Positions 54,661 to 64,000 of a stretch of DNA of 64,000 bases are shown here, one piece after another. This DNA comes from Gordius albopunctatus (taxonomy: Eukaryota): positions 434,001-498,000 of the forward strand of contig OZ193909.1 of the NCBI GenBank assembly GCA_964276515.1, given 5' to 3'. Both the position numbers and the translations under genes were made by a program. The first letter of the stretch is position 1. Each line of letters begins with the position of its first letter. The notes under the pieces are model-generated. The model was not told the origin of the DNA and searched no databases. It saw nothing but the letters and a program-made list of their open reading frames with translations.

Positions 54661-56147
54661 TAGGGATGGCACAATGGGAATTTTCCTAATTAAATATATA
54701 TGATCTAATTTAAGTTATATATTATTTTAATTTCCTTTAATTTCATATTTACCTCGTGGTAACCAATATTTTAAATATTTCCTAATTTATAATTTGTGAA
54801 AATTTGCTTAAATATTATTAACATCTAGTTGTTAACTTATAAGATTTTGCAATCTACACTAAAGTTAATTATCTCAATAATCAGGTAAAACAATATACCC
54901 TTATAGTTACATTAACAATTAGTTCTCTAGTGTAAAATTCTTTCCATATAAGGTAAATTTACACATGCTTGTAAATTTAATTCAATGTTTAGCAAAATCA
55001 TTTAAATTTTATATTGCCATTTTACTCTAAATCTGAAAATATTATATACCAACTTAATAGTAAGTATAGGTAATATTTAAAAAATATATCAACTTGTTAT
55101 TTAACATTAGAGAATTTGCAATCTACACTGAAATTAATTATTACAATAATCCTAGATAAACTTTTAAGTTATATTAACAGGTAAATTTACATATGCTTGA
55201 ATATTTAAAATATTTAGCAAAATCTATTATATTTTTATTGCCATTAACTGTGAAAATATTTTTACCAATTTCAAATCAAGTAATCTTAAATAGATATTTA
55301 TTTTATGCTAGTATTTAGTTTTTGGATATAGAAGTATTTTTTATATCTAACTAAATTAAAATTTCTACATTATATTTAAACTGAATGTACACACAATTCT
55401 GGTAAAAATAATCTGTAATCCTTTGAAAACAATAAATGTAAAAATTTAATATTATTAAACTTATTTTTTTGACTAATAGTTAGTTTTTTTGACTAATAGA
55501 TGCCAAGAAAAACATCTGACATTTGGAAACATTTTTCTAAACATTTATCTTTAAATAAGAAAGGTTGTATTGCTGTTTGCAATTATTGCAATTTAAAATA
55601 TACATTTCCAAACTCAACCAAAATGACAAATCATATTGCTAAGTGCCCAGATTTTATAAAGGAAAAGAATTGTCAAGAAATTTTCTTAATGCCCCCCTCT
55701 CCACAATCATCAAATTGTGAGGTAATGCTTGAAAAATGCCCTATACAACAAACATCTGCTTCATGTGACCCAAAACCATCAACATCCAATATTATTAGTT
55801 ACTTTGATAGCATGACCCAAACTCAGCAAGAGAAATTAGATGAAAAATTAGCATTGGCAATGTCTTCTTCACTCAACGAAGATTCTGTTTCTGATATTTA
55901 ATATTTATAACTAGGATTTATATTTATGATTTTCTTGTATTTGCCTCTTTATATTGTTTGACTAATAAATTTTATTAATCTTAATCATACTCATGAACAT
56001 TTTTTTATACTAATTTACCTGTCTTGCTCGTTATTTCCCATATAATTTCTTGTTTTTTCCCGTTAATTCCCGTTTTTTGCCATTATTTCCCGTATTTTCC
56101 CCTGAATTTTGCCTTAAGCAAATTTCCCGGGAAAATATCCATCCCTA
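54661..56147 (+). mobile_element. Internally deleted hAT transposon
   Basis: TIRs TAGGGATGG / CCATCCCTA; flanks GAGAGAGC / GAGAGC; subterminal TTCCCG repeats at ~56030-56130; internal ~200-bp duplication (~54830 / ~55095). Confidence 0.85.
55500..55901 (+). CDS. BED zinc-finger ORF (truncated hAT transposase N-terminus)
   Basis: MPRKTSDIWKHF...AVCNYC...MTNHIAKC is a BED finger; the ORF stops before any catalytic domain. Confidence 0.75.
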   Translation: MPRKTSDIWKHFSKHLSLNKKGCIAVCNYCNLKYTFPNSTKMTNHIAKCPDFIKEKNCQEIFLMPPSPQSSNCEVMLEKCPIQQTSASCDPKPSTSNIISYFDSMTQTQQEKLDEKLALAMSSSLNEDSVSDI

Positions 56148-57624
56148 GAGAGCGTTTGAAATGCTAAGCTTTAGATATTTATTGGTGTAGCGGGATTTTT
56201 ATAAAGTGTTTTTTCCATACATAGATGATCATCCAAAAAGTTATTAAAATTTCCTATATTTTACCTTTCATCCCTCTTCATTATATGATTCTATGTATTA
56301 AAACTATCACGACTTGTTTTCATAATCATATTAAATTTCACCAAATCGATTTAAATTTTTTCTGGACTGTATATTTACAAAATATTTCAAAAATTTATTA
56401 ATAATGAAAATATCTACTTGTTAATTACCCAGGGATTTGTACCATAACGTCGTCGTCACGTGTTTGGGCCGTCATCCAATCCTTTCAATGCACATCACAA
56501 AATTAATTATCGTTCCACGGCCCATTTGTCTTTTAATTCGTCGATTTTTGATTTTTTGCAATCATTACACACAACACATACACTTTGTTAATATGTCGCA
56601 ATTTTAAGCTTTCGCATTAAGGGCACCCTTAAAACTGTCAACCCTTAAAGGCCATTACAATTGTCCAATTAATATTTTATTTTAATAAAAAAACTTTTTT
56701 TGGGATGATTTATTCCAACTATCGTCACGATATAAAAATTACGCCAAAAATTACTTATATATTTATATATATATTTCTTCGATTTCTTAATCGTTTCATT
56801 ATAACGCTGTTAGCGACAATAAGAGATTGTGACACACACTTGTTTTCCCCTTAATATTTTCGCGAAAAAATAAATTATTGTGGATCATATTTACTTAAAA
56901 TAAACCATAGCTTCATTAATTATTTATAAATCTAGGGTGGATGGTGAAATCTCATAAATATATTAGTAAACTTATTTTCTCTTTATGAGTCAGTAAATTA
57001 ATTTGTTGAGCAAATTCTAAAAATACAATTATTATTTGTTAACGATGCCTCAGCCGTTCCTGATTGTCATCTAGTTAGAAATCTTCGGAATAAAGCAAAC
57101 AAAACTCGTTAAAAACATTAATTTCACTCTAATCAAGCTATTACACAATTTGATCAATTCTTCCTTAAAGATAAAAGTCATCTTTGTATATGTTGTTTAA
57201 TTGCGATCGTTTTTTAGGCGAGAGGCTTTGCTATGCTTCGTAGTGATGGTCGTCGTGTAAGATTGCAATACAAGTAGCTAGCCACTAGGTGCCCTTAGTT
57301 TATTTATAAAGGAATGATGTAAGGAGAATTTAAAGGGTAAAAGATTAGACGCGTGTAACCTCTTTTCCGCCATCTTGAGAGCCACATCGTATAGAAATTC
57401 CTAATTTTCCCAAATAATCTTAAAAAGGTAAATAAAAAATATTCCAATTGGGTAAAATAAATATCATTTAAAAATAGTCTGTAATTTGATACACACGCGT
57501 GTCCCTCTCGTCTTTCCATTCTTTTAATTAAAACAAGATACGTGCGGGAATCGAACCTAGTATTTAATCCACTGAAATATTGGACCTAAAAATATTTATG
57601 GGATAATATCAGTTATATATAGCT

Positions 57625-58270
57625 ATTTTTTTTTAAAATTAAATTAATATTATGTTCTTGTTAATACCATTGATAATATGACTTTTTAACCTTCCGCTGG
57701 CTACTGACAAATGAAAATGGAAAAAATGACCATTGGCCAAAGTGTAAAGCAAATTTTTTTTTTGTTTTTTTGTGGCTAACATTGATTTATAAACCATCTG
57801 TTGGTACTGACCAATGGAAAAAATGACTATTGGCTAAATTGTGCATCGAAATTTTTTTCTCGTTATTTTTGACTCTTATGATTGTTCCTGTTAATACCAT
57901 TAGCCAAAATGTGGTTGAAAAAGTTTTAATTTAGCACCTGTAAATTTTTTGAGATATCCTTACAATACCTGTGTCATTTTTAGGTGTACGGTCTAAAACA
58001 TATTTTGAAGCCTAATGCCTCAGTTGATTGAGTGTGTGACTAGCTTCATTAGCTCTCAAGTTCGAATCCTGCATGCCACTACTGATGTGGGTTCGAATCC
58101 CGGCGAGGGCAAATGTTTTTATTTTTTAAATTAATAATTAACTAAATAATTTTGCATTTAATACCCCCCTATAGACACTTCACTTTCGCCCATAAATTGC
58201 ATAGCAAATATGCTACGTTTATAGGGAGTATAGATGAGTTTCGTTCCTCCTTCCCACGAAGGCCCGAGTT
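57625..58270 (+). mobile_element. Second HINE-family copy without array expansion (5' end not found)
   Basis: Partial monomers homologous to the 12.5-14.6 kb array; 3' subTIR GCCCATAAATTGCATAGCAA (58188-58207); same 3' terminus ...AGGCCCGAGTTT with the left hairpin arm deleted. Confidence 0.8.
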
Positions 58271-58990
58271 TATTTTATAATAATAATTTATCGATATTAA
58301 ATGTAATTATTTACAATTTCTGCTTCAACTATGTCCCCAGATTCGACACCATAACAATTCGTTAACCCACAAAGGCCATTGCGAATGCTCTAGAAGTATT
58401 TAATAAAAATCGTTTTTCTCCATATTACATTTCCACCAAAAATTTGGCCAAAGATTAGATATATTGAATATTCTTTAATATCAATTCAATTTAAACGTGC
58501 TTTTAGACTATAAAATTTTGGGAGATTTAATTCATTAATAAAACAGTTATTGCCAATTGAACCTAACAAAGATTAAAAAATAAAATTGTATAAAACCATC
58601 TTTATGGCTAAATTTATATTAGTTAATGAAAATCGAAAGTTTTATAAGGTGAAACCTTTTTTGGATATTAACAAAATTTAAAAATTATGAGAAAAAGTGC
58701 CCTCAATTGGTTGATGATACAAAAGCACCTTGAAAATGAATGTGTAATACTTTATTATCATGAAATATTCATAATTTTAAAACCTAAAATTCATTTACAA
58801 CTTATAAATGAATTTATTCAAACAAACTTTAAAAATATCATAATTTATCAAAGATGGGCGCGTCGCTTCCTGATTGTCATCATGGTAAAACACCGGAAGG
58901 GAATACATAAAAGTCGTATATAAAGGCACACATAAGCAAAAATTTAAAGAAAGTAGCATTACATCGATAAAAAAGCATTGGGGAAGAGCA

Positions 58991-59833
58991 TTAATCGGTG
59001 GGGGCCAAGTCAAAATCCTGCTGGTTCCTAGTGAACTTAGTGCCAATGATGAGTGAGTGCAAAATGAACCCAAATCCAAACCAAACCGCTGTGGCTGTAA
59101 TGTAACCAACGAAAGATCTGTGCCATGGTATAGCCACGGGTATAATAACAGATTGCGGGAGGCTAGTTGCATTCTCGAGCATAGAAAAGAGGAGGTGGGA
59201 ATCTCGTAAGGTCCGACATTTGTCACCAGGACCCCTGGCTACGAGTGTGGCCTGATCAATTTTTGCCACGTCGGCTATGGTTATATAACCAGACTCCCCC
59301 GGAAGACCGTATCTAAAGTGGACTGGAACGGAGAGGGTCGTGTTTGAAGGAATTGGCGCGTAATTAGGCGTTGCCCAGTCCAGAGCTATGGTAAGGTAGA
59401 GCTTAAAGCTGCTTTTGGCACCACCGTTCAAGAAATCGGGGCCGGCCAGAGCTTCGACCTCGAGCTCGTGAGTGGGCGGGAGTGTACGGGCCGAGATGAG
59501 TTTGAAATAATGGTTGGGAGGATCGATTCGGAGAGACTCGATCTCGGAGGGCAGGAGGTATAGTTGGCCGGTGAAGGAGATGCGCAAAAGGAGGTGAGTA
59601 ATTTGGAAGAAGAGGGGGGAATATAAATTGTGAGGATTTAGAGAGGGGTTGGGGCATTGCTTGGAAGCGCTGTAGTGCAAGTTAAAAATCAGGCGTCGAT
59701 GAAAGCCCCGACCTTCAATGACGGGCCACCGATATATGCCGAGGTGAGGGTGTACGGTACACGAAAAGACCCAATGCAGTATAATAACGAAGCGAACGTC
59801 GCGGCGATAATAAATATAATCACGGAGAAACAT
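58991..59833 (-). CDS. PIGX: PIG-X/PBN1 (GPI mannosyltransferase I subunit), single exon, 280 aa
   Basis: GRGFHR, IDP, LEVEA, VPVHFRY motifs and a C-terminal TM segment match the PIG-X family as recalled; minus-strand AATAAA at 58818-58813. Confidence 0.85.
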   Translation of the reverse strand: MFLRDYIYYRRDVRFVIILHWVFSCTVHPHLGIYRWPVIEGRGFHRRLIFNLHYSASKQCPNPSLNPHNLYSPLFFQITHLLLRISFTGQLYLLPSEIESLRIDPPNHYFKLISARTLPPTHELEVEALAGPDFLNGGAKSSFKLYLTIALDWATPNYAPIPSNTTLSVPVHFRYGLPGESGYITIADVAKIDQATLVARGPGDKCRTLRDSHLLFSMLENATSLPQSVIIPVAIPWHRSFVGYITATAVWFGFGFILHSLIIGTKFTRNQQDFDLAPTD

Positions 59834-59923
59834 GGAGCGAATAAAAGTTTTATAACGGTTAACGATATAACGCGGGACTTAATACAATTCGAAGGAAGGT
59901 AGACGAGGGGAGGAGGGGTGGGG

Positions 59924-61749
59924 CTAGTTGTGCCCTATGTTGGAGGCCGTTTTTTCTAAAAAAGCCAGGGGTCCTTCTAGCTTAGAGGCGACCTGAAGTG
60001 GGAGTACATCCTGTGGCGTTTGTTGAGGCTGATGGAAGGGGTAGGTAGGGGGTAGCCCGGTGGTGGTGCTAGCACGAGATAAAAGACCGCTCAACGTGGA
60101 ATTACCGCAACTCAATCGACTATTGCTAGTCAGAGTACCGTGGGGGAGGTGGGGGCCATTAGATGGATATTGTTGCTTGGTCATGAGATTGGATGTAAGA
60201 CCCGAGGGATGGGTCGCTTGATGGGTTTGAAAGTTGCTACACGTGGAATTTGGGATGGGGGAAGGGTTGAGGGTGGAGGAGGAGGGGGCTGATGTTGAAA
60301 AATCGGCTAGAATGGTTTGCCAGTGTGCCAACTTTTCTCGGTGTCGTTTTATCAAGTCGTCTTTACGGGTCAATTGTAAACGGATATCGTTTATTTCCTG
60401 CAAGAACACACACAAACACATGCATTCAAATCATGACAATGATATTTTTTGATATAAAGGATATATAATTTGTTTGAAATACTATAATTATAATATATTA
60501 TTAATATAAAATGAGGGCTATATAAGTGATTCTTCCTCTTTTAAAAGAGGCCATGAGTCCAGAAAAGGTTTTAAATTAAATTAATATAATGCCTCTGGGT
60601 CTTCTACAGCAATCTTAGCTGTTTTCTTAAAAATCAAAATAAATTGATTTGTGTTTGGCAGGGCACTTATGCAATTTTATTCACAATTTTCAATGTAAAT
60701 TGTTAAAATTTAATATTTTGTTATTCTTGGATAATGTGTATGCCTTTCCAATGAATATAGGCACATCCACATTGTATTAAAGGAATAAGAAAAATAGTGT
60801 TATAGAATATAAATATCATGAAAACTTTTTGGTTTTTATGTTTTTGTGAAAATTTAAATTTTTAGGGGTCACCAATACTTGACTGCTTTCACTTATTGTT
60901 TGAAACTTCAACTTGTATGAAAAATGGTGAAAAATTCTTCAAGTTATATATATGGCATATATAGTCACTAATTAAAATGATTTTTTGTTTGAGGAGATGT
61001 TATTAAATAAAAGTAAGCCTTCCTATTATAGCCTGTTATAAAAATACACTTCCTTTTAAGCTAATCAAAAAAGAATAAACTGTGATTAAACTAGGCATTG
61101 TACCAATTTAAATACATAATCCATAAAATAAAGATGCTCCCAATACTATGTTAAAATGTATGTCATATTAAAAAATTAATTAAACCAAATATTAAGCAAA
61201 AACTAAATCAAGCTAATTATATAGATATTATACATCACAAACTAATGAAAAAATATAAGCATTTAGAAAAAAAATCAAATATATTTTAATTTTATGGCAT
61301 TATTGTAAGAAAAATATAAAGAATGCTTAATAAACAGGTATAATTAAGCAAAAGTTAACCTCTAATAAAAGATCATCAGGATTAGAAGTTGAGTTTAATA
61401 AACGTTGTGTAATGAAAAATGATTCAACATCTTTAGCCTTTCCCACAAATGATTCTAAAGCAAATTCAATTCCTTTATTTAAAAGATTGGTTACATTAAA
61501 ATTAAAAACTCACCAGTTTTTTTATCATCTTGATTTTCATGTTGCAAGGTTTCATTATTTATTAATAACAGAGAAAGGCAATTCTACAAAATTAAGAAGG
61601 TATTAGAGATGATGTTAAGTATAAAATATGTGTTAAAATATTTACATATTATAAAATAAAATGAATGATATAATAAAAACCTTAAATGATTCTTCAAAAT
61701 CTGATATAAGGTCGGAGTCGTTATTAGTATTTTTATCCGAAATCTGCAT
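59924..61749 (-). CDS. MED28: Mediator subunit 28
   Basis: Exons 61749-61681, 61583-61514, 61472-61360, 60397-59924 read ..LISDFEESFKNCLSLL..KAKDVESFFITQR..EEINDIRLQLTRKDDLIKRH..W, ending with the conserved GPLAFLEKTASNI. Confidence 0.88.
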
Positions 61750-62606
61750 TTCAAAAGCAATTATGTAATCAGTGACCTGGTGTGCAAAATATTAAGAGAC
61801 ATGGCTCATATGACTATTCTCGCATCTTGCTTCCATTAGGAAAAATTATAAATTACTAATGATTGAACTAGTCGTACAACTAGATAAATAAAGCATAGTA
61901 AATAATTTAAGTATTTTAAGAAAGCTCATTAGCCCGTTAAATAATATATTAACCTCGCTATTTTTTTATTTTATGTTTTTATTTGATATTATAACCCATT
62001 GTTGCAAATTTAACAGCCTTATCTATATTATAATAAAATTGTAAACATATGCAATCTTGGTTATTTTCTTCCCAATTCAATTTTTTAATTTGATTAACAA
62101 AATGCATGTATTGAATGCCCATTAGTTAAATAATGGTTAATTTTTTTAATGTCTAGTCTAAGTATTCCCTAAGGAATTGGTGTCTAGTCAAATAGTATTG
62201 AGATGCTTAATATATGGGTGTATCTCATGTTAGTTTGTTGTAGAAGCTTGTATTTAAATCTATGTCTCATATCGATTTTGTTTAGAGTGACCAAATATAC
62301 TAATAAATCACATTTACATTGCATGTGCTTATTAAAAGGACAAGATTATCATTATTGGAGATCATACTGCCATAAACTTATAATATTTATTCTCATTATA
62401 TCAATGTATGAATTGAGAGAAAATTTTAGTGTTTAGGCATTGGCGACAGGTATCTTGGAACCTGAGGTCAGATATTAATATTAATTTTAGGGCAATTTAT
62501 TTTGACGCATTTTAACTGGCGACGTCTGGTTACAATTTTATCAAACCAAAAAGGGTATAAATAGATAAAAATTCTAATATATAATTATATTTTAATTATA
62601 TATAAC

Positions 62607-63911
62607 ATGAACATTCGAATTCTTAGAGCTATCGGCACTACGAATGTGATTTTGTCTCTATTGTTTTACGTCACTTATACTATACAATTTGTAAAAGATA
62701 ATTCTAAATTCACTCTTTATCCTCAAAACATTCGAAATCAATCAGCTACCTATTACATGGTCAATTTTATGCAGAACCTTTATAGGAATTTATCTAGGGC
62801 GGATAGTAAAAACATCTCGAATAACTCCTTTATGGAATTAAAAATAGATGGAGCAACGATTTCAACTATAAGGACTTTTTTGCCGAATGGTAATAAATTG
62901 CGTTGTAAAATATCTAATCTATTATTTCTACATATTTTTTTATAAAGGGAATGGTGAAATGTGGTGGTACAATGTTTCAATTATTGGCCGAGGTGAAAGG
63001 ATTTTAGATGCATATTTAAGGATTAATTACGGATTAAAAAAATTATACCCTACTACAAAAGTATTTTTTAATTATTTATTTTTATTACTATTTCTAAGAT
63101 CAAAAACATTTCATTGACACCAAAAAACAAGACACGTTCGCCCAAACTATATAAAATAATTCATACCACAAAAAGATGGCTTACCATATCAATTAAAGAA
63201 TATCTTTTGTCATTAAAGCTTACAACCAAAATCATAGGTATAATATTAATTTAATGCAGAATAGCTAAATTTATAGATTATCGATTTCTAAACTGCATCA
63301 TGAAAGAGATAGGTAATAACTACGACATAAAAAGGGAAACACAATTTCTCATTGTTATCTCAAGTGATGTCGGTTATGGACTTCAACTCACGGAGCCTCA
63401 GGCAGGTAATAATGATATTGTGCTTTTAAATATCACTCTTTTAAATTTAGCTATTATACCTAAGGGGCATAGAATAAAGAGACAAATTTTCGAAAAGAAT
63501 GGGAATCCATTGTATGAGGACATGTGTCAAAAATACGATATGATCGTCGATTTCAAGACCTTAGGATTCTATCAAGAATGGATTATTGCCCCAACATCCT
63601 TCAATGCCTTTTATTGCGACGGCAGTTGTAGCCATAGAATGGTAGGGTTAGATCAAAAGCCGACGAATCACGCTACTTTACAAGGCCTAATTCACGATGT
63701 TTTTATCCATAATGGCAATTATGAATTCCAAATTCACACGTTAAATGGTAGCGATGAAGAGTCCCCACAAACAACGAGCAATGTTCCGCCGGTTCCATGT
63801 TGTGTCCCAGATCAATTGGAGTCTTTGACAGTATTGTATTACGATGAATGGAAGAATGTTGTACTTAAAAGATATCCCGACATGATTGCATCAAGCTGTG
63901 GATGCCATTGA
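62607..63911 (+). CDS. TGF-beta/BMP-family ligand, ADMP/BMP3-like (~374 aa)
   Basis: Exons 62607-62889, 62948-63060, 63099-63237, 63277-63405, 63451-63911 (1125 nt). N-terminal hydrophobic signal, RIKR furin site, seven-cysteine knot with WIIAP, PTNHAT, PCCVP, KNVVLK, CGCH. Confidence 0.92.
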
Positions 63912-64000
63912 ACAGAAGCTCTTATAATCAATCTTATAATAATTGTTATCTTGTCTACAATCTCTATATTTTAAATGCACAAAATCGATAATTTTTATAT

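Noticed and set aside
58017..58078. Functional tRNA gene
   Set aside because: Too short, no consistent cloverleaf can be folded by eye, and it is embedded in a repeat element.
59834..59926. Stop-codon readthrough fusing MED28 to PIG-X (the 90-nt gap is in frame)
   Set aside because: A second in-frame stop, TAA at 59881-59879, lies in the spacer.
58795..60452. Overlapping or antisense ORFs around PIG-X and MED28
   Set aside because: No recognisable motifs; expected by-products of locally higher GC coding sequence.

Overview
AT-rich animal (invertebrate-type) genomic DNA with spliceosomal GT-AG introns, many of them very short (37-49 nt); the organism cannot be identified from sequence alone. 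I traced six protein-coding genes by hand: kinesin-5 (KIF11/Eg5/BimC, +, 7467-22041), a four-TM claudin/PMP22-superfamily gene (+, 26116-33646), a SoHo + 3xSH3 adaptor (SORBS/CAP, +, 35878-~54411), an intronless PIG-X (-, 58991-59833) starting only 90 nt after the stop of MED28 (-, 59924-61749), and an ADMP/BMP3-like TGF-beta ligand (+, 62607-63911). Introns and intergenic DNA are rich in mobile elements: RTE fragments, a frameshifted full-length piggyBac, an RLE-type non-LTR fragment, hAT remnants, hAT-type MITEs with 8-bp TSDs, and a DINE-1/Helentron-like non-autonomous family, one copy of which carries a satellite-like array with an 856-bp higher-order period and a Pol III B-box in each full monomer. 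The best leads are the probable MED28-PIGX bicistronic/operon-like unit, the satellite-bearing Helentron-like element, the ADMP/BMP3-like ligand with an inserted loop, and a MITE at the 3' end of the SORBS coding sequence. Exon coordinates were read by eye and family calls rest on recalled motifs, not database searches.
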